Origin: Colwellia polaris
GTDB taxonomy: Archaea > Nanohalarchaeota > Nanosalinia > Nanosalinales > Nanosalinaceae
Reading direction: 5' to 3'
DNA: 47,501 bases
Assembly: GCA_047617785.1 (NCBI GenBank)
Contig: JBLGBK010000007.1
Coordinates: 1-47,501 of the forward strand
Shown here: positions 9,437 to 18,925 of the stretch, piece after piece
How positions within the stretch are numbered: the first letter of the stretch is position 1
How the letters are laid out: each line of letters opens with the position of its first letter
Program-made: the position numbers and the translations under genes
Notes under the pieces: generated by a model
Told to the model about the DNA's origin: nothing
Database searches by the model: none
Seen by the model: the letters and a program-made list of their open reading frames with translations, nothing else

Positions 9437-10816
9437 GTGAAACTTACATCTCAAGCCCGTGAAATCTACAAGGAGCTATACCAAAAAGACCAGTTAACAG
9501 TTGAGCAACTTGAGAGACAGGGATTCGACCAGAGCATGGTCAACCGTGCAGCAATAGAACTTGAAGAAAAAGGACTTGTAGAAATCCAGGAAGATGAGGA
9601 AATAGAGAGAAAACTAACAGAGAAAGGAGAACAGGTAATAGAAAAAGGAGCGCCGGAACACAGACTTCTGAAGAATCTGGAACAAGGACCTTCCGAAATA
9701 TCGGATCTAGATGTAGATAATCTTGATGTAGCTCTAGGAAAAGCACGGGAAAAAGGATGGGTTGACATAAGTGCTGGAAAAGCCTCAATAACTGATGAAG
9801 GCCATAAAAATCTGGAAAGAGATAGCCTTCAATCGCGGCTTGAAACCGGCAACTATACAGACGAACACGAAGACCGAAGTCTTATTGAAACAATAGAAAA
9901 CACGGTAAGAACACTGCAACTAGCAGAAAAGGCAGAAGTTGAGCCTGAGGACATAAAAGTCGACTTCAACGTTGAAGCAAAAGTCAAAACTCCTCGGACA
10001 GGTAAAAAACACTTTTACAAGGAAATAATATCAGAAGCCCGAAAGAACTGGATCGAAATGGGATTCCAGGAAATGCAGGGAGAATACGTAGTATCAAGCC
10101 TTCTCAACTTCGACGCATTATACACTCCGCAGGATCACCCAGCTAGAGAACTACATGACACCTTCTTCCTATCACAGCCAGAAGCATCAGATCTCTCCAA
10201 TATCAATGAAATAGCGCAAAGAATCAAAGAAACGCATGAAGACGGTTGGACAACCGGGAGTAAAGGATGGGGATATGACTGGAGCGAGGAAGAAGCTGCT
10301 CGAAACGTAATCAGGACACATACAACAGCAGTATCAGCAAAAAAACTGGCAGAACTTGAGAAAGACGATTTACCTGTCAAATACTTCACGGTAGCACGAA
10401 ACTTTAGAAACGAGACTATCGATCGTTTCCATCTACCCGAGTTCTTCCAGACAGACGGAATTGTAGTAGGAGAAGACCTCAGCTTCTCACACCTCAAAGC
10501 ATACATCAGCGAATTCTTCCACAAAATGGGGTACGAAGAATTCCGTCTAATACCTTCATACTACCCATATACTGAGATGAGCGTAGAAGTACAGGTATAC
10601 GATGAGGAAGAAGACGAATGGCTCGGACTTGGAGGAGCAGGAATGTTCCGGCCAGAAGTAGTAAAACCATTACTAGGATTCGAAGCACGTGTCCTCGCGT
10701 GGGGACTAGGAGTCGGAAGAATAGCAGCCAAAGCCGCAGGAATCGAAGACATCAGAGAGCTCTACAGAAATGACATAGGACTTCTAGAAAAGACACCAAA
10801 ATGGAGGTCTGAATAA
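9437..10816 (+). CDS. pheS: Phenylalanyl-tRNA synthetase alpha subunit (archaeal)
   Basis: NFDALYTPQDHPARELHDTF, RTHTT, FRNETID, YYPYTE, GAGMFRPEV; N-terminal winged-helix extension; GTG start. Confidence 0.96.
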   Translation: MKLTSQAREIYKELYQKDQLTVEQLERQGFDQSMVNRAAIELEEKGLVEIQEDEEIERKLTEKGEQVIEKGAPEHRLLKNLEQGPSEISDLDVDNLDVALGKAREKGWVDISAGKASITDEGHKNLERDSLQSRLETGNYTDEHEDRSLIETIENTVRTLQLAEKAEVEPEDIKVDFNVEAKVKTPRTGKKHFYKEIISEARKNWIEMGFQEMQGEYVVSSLLNFDALYTPQDHPARELHDTFFLSQPEASDLSNINEIAQRIKETHEDGWTTGSKGWGYDWSEEEAARNVIRTHTTAVSAKKLAELEKDDLPVKYFTVARNFRNETIDRFHLPEFFQTDGIVVGEDLSFSHLKAYISEFFHKMGYEEFRLIPSYYPYTEMSVEVQVYDEEEDEWLGLGGAGMFRPEVVKPLLGFEARVLAWGLGVGRIAAKAAGIEDIRELYRNDIGLLEKTPKWRSE

Positions 10817-10818
10817 CA

Positions 10819-12456
10819 ATGCCAACACTAAAGATCAATAAAGAAGAATTCGAAGACCTTTTAGGAGAAGAAATCAGCGAAGAACAGCTACACGAAGAAG
10901 CCTCATACCTAGGCGCACATTGGAATCATGAAGACGGCAAGAAATGGGAAGTAGAAACATATCCGAACCGACCAGACCTCCTAAGCGTTGAAGGGCTGGC
11001 AAGAGCGTACAAAGGATTCTTTGATGTCGAAACAGGTCTTAGGGATTATAGGACAAGACAAGGAATCACCGAAGTTAATGTAGATGAGTCCGTAGAACAG
11101 GTACGACCTTACATTGGCGGTGCAGTAATCAGAGATGTCGAACTAACGCCGCGCATAATCAACGGTCTTATCCAGCTCCAGGAAAAGCTTCACCAAACTG
11201 TTGGTCGTAGAAGAGATAAGATCGCGATCGGTCTCCACGACCTTGACTCGGTTGAACCTCCTTTCACTTACAAAGCAGTTGAACCAGAACAAGTCAGTTT
11301 CACTCCGCTTGAATATGGAGAAGAGATACATCTAGAAGAGATACTGAATGAACACGATAAAGGACAGGAATACGCCTGGATACTAGAAGATGAGGAAAAA
11401 TTCCCGATCATCTCTGACAGTGATGGCAAGATTCTTAGCTTCCCGCCAATTATCAACAACCAACTGACGGAAGTTACTTCCGAAACAACTGATATTTTCA
11501 TCGACGTAACAGGAAAGCACAAGGAAACAGTTCTTAAGGTGGTTAACATCTTGGTTACTGCTCTTGCAGAACGAGATGGTAAAATTGAGACTGTAAGGAT
11601 TGATAATGACCATATGCCTCTACTTGAACCAGAAGAGGTAGAGCTAGATGTAGAATATTTCCGATCCGTATCAGGTCTTGAACTGGAGAAAGAAGAAATA
11701 GTTGACCGGCTGGAACAGATGCGTTTCAAAGCCAAGAAAAAGAAAGACAAAATCAAAGTTGGAGTACCGTCCTACCGGACAGATGTAATGCACCAGTACG
11801 ATATAATAGAAGATATCGTCATAGCACACCGCTACAACAATATTGAACCGGAAATGCCTGAACTGGATACGCCAGCAAATGAAAAACAGATAGAAGAGCA
11901 TACAGAGGAACTAAGAGATATCCTACAAGGAACGGGAGCTCTTGAAAGCCATACTTTTACTCTTTCCAGTAAGGAAAAACTCTTTGACAGAATGAATAGG
12001 AAAGCTGAAGATGAAGTAGTTGAGATGAGCAACGCACTCACAGAAGACTACACAGTTGTCAGAAACCAGATGCTTCCCACAATGATGGAGGTGCTACAGA
12101 ATAACAGACAGCACAGCTATCCACAGCGCTTCTACGAAATTGAAGATGTGGCGCTACCGCGTGAAAACGATGCAGAAAACAGGAGAAAACTCGCATACGC
12201 TATCTCAGGTCCAGAAACCGACTTCACCGATATTAAACAAGTGCTTCAGGTTATTGAACGAGATACCGGATTCGACCTGGAAGTTGAAGAAGCCGAGAAA
12301 CGCTTCTACAGAGAAGACCGTGCTGCAAAGATAATCTACAAAGGAGAAACTGTCGGACACATCGGCGAGCTTGGTGAGGAAGTGCTTGCGAACTGGGAGC
12401 TTGAACAAAGAACAGCAGCGCTCGAGCTTGATGTAGAAAAACTATATCAGAACTGA
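10819..12456 (+). CDS. pheT: Phenylalanyl-tRNA synthetase beta subunit (archaeal)
   Basis: PNRPDLLSVEGLAR, QEKLH, LSFPPIIN, YRTDVMHQYDIIED. Confidence 0.96.
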   Translation: MPTLKINKEEFEDLLGEEISEEQLHEEASYLGAHWNHEDGKKWEVETYPNRPDLLSVEGLARAYKGFFDVETGLRDYRTRQGITEVNVDESVEQVRPYIGGAVIRDVELTPRIINGLIQLQEKLHQTVGRRRDKIAIGLHDLDSVEPPFTYKAVEPEQVSFTPLEYGEEIHLEEILNEHDKGQEYAWILEDEEKFPIISDSDGKILSFPPIINNQLTEVTSETTDIFIDVTGKHKETVLKVVNILVTALAERDGKIETVRIDNDHMPLLEPEEVELDVEYFRSVSGLELEKEEIVDRLEQMRFKAKKKKDKIKVGVPSYRTDVMHQYDIIEDIVIAHRYNNIEPEMPELDTPANEKQIEEHTEELRDILQGTGALESHTFTLSSKEKLFDRMNRKAEDEVVEMSNALTEDYTVVRNQMLPTMMEVLQNNRQHSYPQRFYEIEDVALPRENDAENRRKLAYAISGPETDFTDIKQVLQVIERDTGFDLEVEEAEKRFYREDRAAKIIYKGETVGHIGELGEEVLANWELEQRTAALELDVEKLYQN

Positions 12457-12459
12457 TGG

Positions 12460-12539
12460 TTCCAAGGTAATGATGAACCCTGCGGGAACGTGCAGATCCG
12501 CAAATGGTTCTGCAATATATTAAGTGCTGAACCTTGGAA
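12460..12539 (+). ncRNA. Probable box C/D sRNA
   Basis: Perfect 9-bp terminal stem TTCCAAGGT (12460-68)/ACCTTGGAA (12531-39) enclosing box C ATGATGA (12470-76) and box D CTGA (12527-30); D'-like CAGA at 12493-96. Confidence 0.65.
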
Positions 12540-12596
12540 AATCGGTTAAAATAAATTAAGAAGAAAGGAAGATGTTTTTCCCCCCCTTCAATCTTT

Positions 12597-12788
12597 TTAC
12601 TTAACTTCGCTTTCTGTGGGGATAATGATCCATGCCAGGAGGTAGACAAGTAGCCCTGAACCAGCACCAAGCACTAGAAGTGCTGCTACAAGACGGACAA
12701 GCGAAGGATCAACATCGTATTTCTCAGCTAAACCTCCACATACACCTCCCAGAATTCTATCGGATTCGGAGCGGTAAAGACGTGTCAT
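12597..12788 (-). CDS. pspC: PspC domain protein
   Basis: LYRSESDRILGGVCGGLAEKYDVDPSLVR...YLLAWIIIP. Confidence 0.92.
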   Translation of the reverse strand: MTRLYRSESDRILGGVCGGLAEKYDVDPSLVRLVAALLVLGAGSGLLVYLLAWIIIPTESEVK

Positions 12789-12791
12789 AAT

Positions 12792-13274
12792 TTATCTCAC
12801 CTGTTCTTCGTCTGTGTGTGCGTAATCGTGAAGTTCGTTGTCTTCAAACCAGATTTCAATCTCTCTTTGGGCTTCCTCTGGCTCTGATGCATGAATCAGA
12901 TTCTTATACTTGGTATCATTTTCATCCGCGTGCTCCATAGACATGTGTCCGTACTGGCCTCGAATGGTTGATGGATGTGCGTCTCGGGCGCTTGTATCGC
13001 CTACAATCTTCCGAACGTTTTCAGCAGCATGAACTCCTTCCAAGACCATTGCAACGACAGGTCCCTGCTTCATATAATCAGCAAGATCGTCGTAGAATGG
13101 TTTGTCAACATGCTCTTCGTAGTGTTTTTCCAGAAGCTGATCAGTTGCCTGAACCATCTTCATACCCATGATTTTGAATCCCGCATCTTCAAACCGGGAT
13201 GTGATTTTTCCGACAAGCCCTCTCTTAACTGCGTCAGGCTTAATCGCTACAAAAGTTCGTTCTACATAGCTCAT
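12792..13274 (-). CDS. ndk: Nucleoside diphosphate kinase
   Basis: ERTFVAIKPDAVKRGLVG, TIRG, NLIHAS (catalytic His). Confidence 0.97.
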   Translation of the reverse strand: MSYVERTFVAIKPDAVKRGLVGKITSRFEDAGFKIMGMKMVQATDQLLEKHYEEHVDKPFYDDLADYMKQGPVVAMVLEGVHAAENVRKIVGDTSARDAHPSTIRGQYGHMSMEHADENDTKYKNLIHASEPEEAQREIEIWFEDNELHDYAHTDEEQVR

Positions 13275-13333
13275 AGTATTTTCGTACCTCTTAACTAATC
13301 AGAAGTTCTTGAAAACTTTTAAAACTGGATTAT

Positions 13334-13786
13334 TTACTCTCCTAGACTGTAACGAAAAGTATCCTCGCAAGGTAGAAGCTGAATATTCTCATTCTCCAGC
13401 CATTCTTCAGCAGTCTTATTATCGTACTCTGCTTCAGAAGTCCAATCCATGCCTGTCATATCCTTGTTGTTCCTACATACTCCGTAAGCGTCAAGCATCA
13501 ACTCGGACTCAACAAGTCGGTAGTAATTCTCACTTCCTTCTTCAGGATTGGTATAATTTGCGTAGTTATGAGTAGTGTGGGTTACTTGTTCAATCCCGAT
13601 ACAGAAGCCTGCTTCTACACCTATGCACTCTGTTTCAAGCTCTACAAAACCAACTTTAGACTGATCCTCAGACGTCTGCACATTGTTTACTGCAACTACT
13701 GAGGCAGCAAGTACAAGAGTAACGCCGAGGAAGAAAACGTCCTTCTGAAGTCCTTCAAGATTTCGGGGATTGAACATAATGCACAA
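13334..13786 (-). CDS. Membrane-anchored/secreted Cys-containing protein (paralog of 23754-24140)
   Basis: N-terminal hydrophobic helix, CxG..CIGIE motif, NxT sequons; start may be 13777. Confidence 0.75.
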   Translation of the reverse strand: MCIMFNPRNLEGLQKDVFFLGVTLVLAASVVAVNNVQTSEDQSKVGFVELETECIGVEAGFCIGIEQVTHTTHNYANYTNPEEGSENYYRLVESELMLDAYGVCRNNKDMTGMDWTSEAEYDNKTAEEWLENENIQLLPCEDTFRYSLGE

Positions 13787-13880
13787 GTATGCGGCGAATC
13801 TTCAAAAAAGAACTCCCTGATCTTTCATCTTTCAAGGTCAGTTATTTTATCAATCTCACTTCTCTAAAACAGGTATACAG

Positions 13881-15740
13881 ATGCAGCTAGGAACAGTAGA
13901 GGGAAAGGTAAACACCTCAAGTTTTGAATTTAGAGCGGTTGAAGAAGTCAAAAAATTCGATTTTGTATCTATCAAGAGCAACAATCAATGGATACTGTGT
14001 CAGGTTGATGAAGTAACCAAGCATCCGGACGGGGAAACTATAGCCAACGCTAATATTATAGGATATAGGGAAAAAGGACTTACTAAAGCACCCCGAACAG
14101 TAATCGAACCAGACTCAATAGTATATCAGGCAGATCAAGAACTTATTTCTGATACGCTCGGTCTCGATGATGAAGGGCTGCAGATAGGATCACTGGAAAC
14201 AAATCCAGAGATCGATATTCATGTTAATGCGGAGGACTTCTACAAGCATTTTGCCGTCCTAGCACAGACAGGAGCAGGAAAAAGCTACCTTACAGGAGTA
14301 ATAATTGAAGAACTGCTGGAAAACGACTTCCCTGTGCTTATAGTTGATCCACACGGAGAATACCACTCTCTAGGAAGCGCTAATCCGGATAGCGACAATC
14401 CAGATAGCTACCCGGTTACAGAATACTCTCCGAATACTGATATCAACAATGAAGCTATGCCGCTAAGATTTTCCTCGCTCAACATGGACAAAAAGGAACT
14501 TACAACACTCATACCTGATTCTCTGACTAACTCTCAGATGGGAGTTCTTTACAACGCACTTAAACGTTTGAAGGAGAAGGACGACGGCGACTACAGTCTT
14601 ATCGATATAGAAGATGCGGTTACGCAGGAAGATTCAACTGCAAAGTGGAATCTTCTGAACTATCTAGAACAACTGGAGGAGACCAATCTTTTCAGCAAAG
14701 ACCCAATCGACTTGGAGAACTTGGTTGAACCCGGGGAGGCATCGATAATCAACCTGAAAGCAGTGGAGCCGGATGCATCTGAGATGACAGTATACATGCT
14801 TGCGCAGAAGCTGTTTAATATGAGGAAGGAAAACAAAATCCCGCCGTTCATAATGATACTAGAAGAGGCACACAATTATGTGCCTGAGAAAGGCTTTGGT
14901 CAGGCACTCTCCAATCCGATAATGCGAAAAATCGCATCGGAAGGAAGAAAGTTCGGAGTTGGTATTGGCGTTATCAGCCAAAGACCGGCACGTATCGATA
15001 AAAACGTGCTATCTCAAGCAAATACTCAGTTTATACTTCGTGTAACCAATCCAAACGATTTGAAAGCAATATCTAAGAGCTTTGAAGGTATTACCTCCGA
15101 GATTGAAGATATGATTACATCGCTTCCGCCAGGTGTTGCTTTTTCACTGGGTAACGAATATCCGGTTATGACGGATGTGCGTACACGTAAGTCGCTTCAC
15201 GGCGGAGAGACTCAGACTAATGAATCCTACGTCCCTCAGGAAACTATTGAGATATTTAAGCCGAATGAGGATATTCAGAAAGTTCGTAGCAATACAGGGA
15301 AAGATTATGATGAGGCTTATTATCCGATTTACTGGGTAGAGGATGATGAAGGGATTAAGCTTGTAGACGGTGTGAATGGAAAGGTTAAAGCCGAAAGAGA
15401 TAAGCTTTCGGGCAAGCATGAGATGGTTTTCCAGCATCTGAAGGAGGATAGGTCAAAACAGGAAATCATGGAGGAGATGGATGTTGGTATATCTCGTATT
15501 GCATCGATAATTGAAGAACTTCAGAGTAGAGGGTTTTTAGACTCCGATAAGAATGCTGAGGAGAGCATAATAGATCATGAGAAAGAAGAAAAGCAAGTTG
15601 AAGAAGAAGCGCTTATTGATATAGAGGTTGATGAGCGTGATATTGAAGGCGCAGAAAATGCAGATGTGAAGCTAGTCAGGTATCCTTACTTCTCGAAGGG
15701 TGACGAAGTTTACGATCCTATACTTGAGAAGCACCTGTAG
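13881..15740 (+). CDS. HerA-like (DUF87) ATPase with HAS barrel and C-terminal winged-helix-like extension
   Basis: HFAVLAQTGAGKS, VDPHGEY, LEEAHNY, EGRKFGVG, SQRPA; tail SKQEIMEEMDVGISRIASIIEELQSRGFL resembles a wHTH. Confidence 0.88.
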   Translation: MQLGTVEGKVNTSSFEFRAVEEVKKFDFVSIKSNNQWILCQVDEVTKHPDGETIANANIIGYREKGLTKAPRTVIEPDSIVYQADQELISDTLGLDDEGLQIGSLETNPEIDIHVNAEDFYKHFAVLAQTGAGKSYLTGVIIEELLENDFPVLIVDPHGEYHSLGSANPDSDNPDSYPVTEYSPNTDINNEAMPLRFSSLNMDKKELTTLIPDSLTNSQMGVLYNALKRLKEKDDGDYSLIDIEDAVTQEDSTAKWNLLNYLEQLEETNLFSKDPIDLENLVEPGEASIINLKAVEPDASEMTVYMLAQKLFNMRKENKIPPFIMILEEAHNYVPEKGFGQALSNPIMRKIASEGRKFGVGIGVISQRPARIDKNVLSQANTQFILRVTNPNDLKAISKSFEGITSEIEDMITSLPPGVAFSLGNEYPVMTDVRTRKSLHGGETQTNESYVPQETIEIFKPNEDIQKVRSNTGKDYDEAYYPIYWVEDDEGIKLVDGVNGKVKAERDKLSGKHEMVFQHLKEDRSKQEIMEEMDVGISRIASIIEELQSRGFLDSDKNAEESIIDHEKEEKQVEEEALIDIEVDERDIEGAENADVKLVRYPYFSKGDEVYDPILEKHL

Positions 15741-15815
15741 CGGATTACTGAACTAGGCGTTACCGCCCCTGTTTTAAGAATTTACTTATACATCATTATT
15801 ACACGCGTAAGGCAA

Positions 15816-15889
15816 GGGTTCGTGGTCTAGTTGGTTATGACGTCGCCCTTACAAGGCGAAGATCCCCAGTTCGAATCTGGGCGAACCCA
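15816..15889 (+). tRNA. tRNA-Val(TAC)
   Basis: Acceptor GGGTTCG/CGAACCC, anticodon arm TCGCC-CTTACAA-GGCGA, TTCGAAT T-loop; CCA not encoded. Confidence 0.97.
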
Positions 15890-16068
15890 CTGCTATTGAT
15901 TTAACGATTCGCCTCGTAACTTGTAAGGTATCCCTTCCGATTTAGCCTGCCTGAACTCAATACCGTTGTCACCGACAAGTACTTAAAATTCTGGTAGGTT
16001 ATTTACTGATTGTAGACTATAGTCTATTGGGCACAGGGATTAAAACATCAGATAACACAAGAATGATT

Positions 16069-16416
16069 ATGACTGCCTACAAACAAGCAATACTCCTGAG
16101 AAAGGATTTGAATATGTCAAAAGGTAAAATGGTTGCACAAGGCAGTCACGCGTCTCTTGGAGCCTATCAAAAAGCAGATAGCGACGCTGTAGCCGAATGG
16201 AAACAGCAAGGTCAGAAGAAAATAATACTAGAAGCGACTGAGTCGGAACTTCAGGAAAAACTGGAGAAAGCCGAGCAGATGAATGTAACATACTTCAGAG
16301 TCAAGGATGCAGGCCATACGGAAGTCGAACCGGGGACAGTAACCGCATTAGGATTAGGTCCTGTAGAGGAACAACGATTAGATCGAATTACAAGCGATCT
16401 ACCGCTACTAAAATAA
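16069..16416 (+). CDS. pth2: Peptidyl-tRNA hydrolase Pth2
   Basis: RKDLNMSKGKMVAQGSHA, GQKKIIL, DAGHTEVEPGTVT; start at 16063 or 16069. Confidence 0.95.
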   Translation: MTAYKQAILLRKDLNMSKGKMVAQGSHASLGAYQKADSDAVAEWKQQGQKKIILEATESELQEKLEKAEQMNVTYFRVKDAGHTEVEPGTVTALGLGPVEEQRLDRITSDLPLLK

Positions 16417-16444
16417 ACGAGTTAACAACGAGGTTTAATGTCAC

Positions 16445-17623
16445 ATGGAAGAAGAAACGGAAACAATTGAAATGAAGAAAATGGATTGGGAGTACTATAC
16501 GGATACTATAGGGATAAAGGGAAGTATAAAAGAGCAAGTAAACGATTTTGTAGTTAGAGAGCTCGCTAGACATGAAACAAGCGAAGAAGGAGAACATCTG
16601 ATTATCAAGCTCCATAAGCAGAACATGACAACAATGGAAGCTGTATCTAAGCTTTCCAACATGCTTCATATTTCTAAAGACCGTATAGGATATGCAGGAA
16701 ATAAGGATAAGCGAGCGGTAACCGAACAGTACATTTCTGTCCAAGGAATAGATGCAGAAGACATCAACCAGATCTTTACAGATGAATTTGAGCTTGAAGT
16801 AATCGGTAAAAACGGCTATATCGGACTGGGCAACTTGATGGCTAACCGGTTCGAAATCAAGATCAGGAATCTCAACCTGCAGATCGAGGATATCCGAGAT
16901 CGAACACTGAAAACAGCAGACAAACTGGGCTCAAAGTTTCCTAACTATTTCGGCGAGCAGCGTTTTGGAAGCCCACGACCTATAACACATCAAGTTGGTC
17001 GTCATATTCTACGAGGCAATTTTGAAGAGGCAGTATGGACCTATATAGCAAAGCCCTACGATGCAGAATACAAGAGCATACGTAAAGTAAGAGATGAACT
17101 ATGGGAGACTAGAGATCCAGAAGATAAAGCCGAAAAATTCCCGGAAACATATAGATACGAAAAGACACTCCTCTACCATCTTAACAAGAATCCGGAGGAC
17201 TACAAAGGTGCTCTCAAGAGACTTCCAGAGGACCTTCAGATGCTTTTCATCCACGCATACCAGTCATGGGTCTTCAACCGCGCGCTATCCCAATTAATCG
17301 AAGACGAATGGCATGAACCAGAATATGAGATTCCTCTAGTAGGATACAAGACTGATCTGAAAGACAATAAACCGGAACAGATTATCCAAGAAATACTTGA
17401 AGAAGAAGGTGTATCACAGGAAGACTTCCGACTTCAAGAATTCCCTGAGCTGAGAAGCGAAGGAAGCTACCGCCGAGCATTCGCAGACTACAGAAACTTC
17501 GAAATTATGGATATCGGCGACGACGACCTGAATATGACCAAAAACGCCATGACTGTTAGATTTGACCTTCCAAAGGGTTGTTATGCAACTGTGTTCTTGA
17601 GAGAAATTATGAAGAACAAGTAA
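16445..17623 (+). CDS. truD: tRNA pseudouridine(13) synthase
   Basis: DFVVRE, YAGNKDKRAVTEQ, PNYFGEQRFG, FDLPKGCYAT. Confidence 0.95.
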   Translation: MEEETETIEMKKMDWEYYTDTIGIKGSIKEQVNDFVVRELARHETSEEGEHLIIKLHKQNMTTMEAVSKLSNMLHISKDRIGYAGNKDKRAVTEQYISVQGIDAEDINQIFTDEFELEVIGKNGYIGLGNLMANRFEIKIRNLNLQIEDIRDRTLKTADKLGSKFPNYFGEQRFGSPRPITHQVGRHILRGNFEEAVWTYIAKPYDAEYKSIRKVRDELWETRDPEDKAEKFPETYRYEKTLLYHLNKNPEDYKGALKRLPEDLQMLFIHAYQSWVFNRALSQLIEDEWHEPEYEIPLVGYKTDLKDNKPEQIIQEILEEEGVSQEDFRLQEFPELRSEGSYRRAFADYRNFEIMDIGDDDLNMTKNAMTVRFDLPKGCYATVFLREIMKNK

Positions 17624-17656
17624 AACAAAAAGGCTTCTGTCCTATATTATTTTTCT

Positions 17657-18925
17657 ATGCTGACGGCAATAGTCTGGGTGCTCTACGCAGCAGTACTCTT
17701 CATATCATTCTTCTTGTTAATTGTATTGCTAGAGCATGGAGGCATCAAAAAACCGGTTGAATGGCTCGATGAGTGGCCTAAACTTACACTAATCATCCCG
17801 GCCTACAACGAAGAAGAAACAATACAGATGACTATTGAATCGATTCTGGCCGCAGACTATCCCTCAGACAAACTTAACATAATCGTAGTAAACGATGGAA
17901 GCCAGGACGAGACAGCCGAAAAAGTAGAGCCCTACACTGATCGGGTGGACCTCATCAATCAAGAGAACCAGGGTAAAGGCGCAGCACTCAATACAGGACT
18001 AGACAAGGTAGAAACAGAACTATTCGGCTGCGTAGACGCTGATTCGCGTTTAAAGGATGATTCTCTGAAGAACATTGTCTCAGAACTTGAGGAGGGTTCA
18101 GGGGGCATAGCTTCTGCAATGAAAGTATATCAGCCTCAGAACATGCTACAGAAGCTTCAATGGGTTGAATATCTGATGGGAATCTTCCTTAGAAACATTA
18201 TGTCCTTTATAGATTCTATCCATGTTACACCGGGGCCTCTAAGTATCTATAGAACAGAACCGGTCAAGGAATTAGGAGGTTTTGATGAAGATTCTATTGT
18301 AGAAGATCAGGAGATATGCTTTAAATTACAGAATAATGGGTGGGATATTTCACATTCGCGTAGAGGAGAAGTTTTCACGGTTGCTCCTGAAACAGTTAGA
18401 GAATTCTACGATCAACGATATCGCTGGTACAAGGGAGCTCTTCAGAATATAGTCAAATACAAGCACATGATATTCAATAGAGAGTACGGGGATTTCGGTA
18501 TGTTCAGCATACCAACTAAAATTGCACAATCTATTCTCTCTGTAACAGCCTTGTTTATCATTTCATATTACATACTTGACCCTGTTTACAACCTATTTTT
18601 GAGCGTTAATAGAATAGGTATAGAAGCTTATTTAACTGCTTTAGAAATGCTAAGTGTTTCAGAGGTCATTACAACGCTATACTGGATTTTAGTGAGTATA
18701 GATGTGGTATCAATCACTTTACTTGGGTCTTTGGTCTTTTTGACCTTTATTCTGTATTTCATGACTATTCAGCACACTGAAGAGGACATGTTTGCGCAAG
18801 GGTTGCTTCCTATGCTCATCTACATTTTTTGGTATTTCCTGTTTGTCGGCGCAATTTGGCTTATAGTCTATATAGACTCTATTAAAGACCACCTTACAAA
18901 AGGTGAAACAGAATGGCATTGGTAG
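17657..18925 (+). CDS. Membrane GT2 glycosyltransferase, processive synthase-like (cellulose synthase/PgaC type)
   Basis: IPAYNEE, NDGS, DAD, VEDQE and QRYRW (D,D,D,QxxRW set); N- and C-terminal TM helices. Confidence 0.88.
   Translation: MLTAIVWVLYAAVLFISFFLLIVLLEHGGIKKPVEWLDEWPKLTLIIPAYNEEETIQMTIESILAADYPSDKLNIIVVNDGSQDETAEKVEPYTDRVDLINQENQGKGAALNTGLDKVETELFGCVDADSRLKDDSLKNIVSELEEGSGGIASAMKVYQPQNMLQKLQWVEYLMGIFLRNIMSFIDSIHVTPGPLSIYRTEPVKELGGFDEDSIVEDQEICFKLQNNGWDISHSRRGEVFTVAPETVREFYDQRYRWYKGALQNIVKYKHMIFNREYGDFGMFSIPTKIAQSILSVTALFIISYYILDPVYNLFLSVNRIGIEAYLTALEMLSVSEVITTLYWILVSIDVVSITLLGSLVFLTFILYFMTIQHTEEDMFAQGLLPMLIYIFWYFLFVGAIWLIVYIDSIKDHLTKGETEWHW

Noticed and set aside
15908-15928. 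Partial antisense match to the tRNA-Val anticodon arm (ttcgcc...ttgtaagg) as an att site or tRNA fragment
   Set aside because: Two short interrupted matches in inverted orientation with no integrase nearby; compatible with chance
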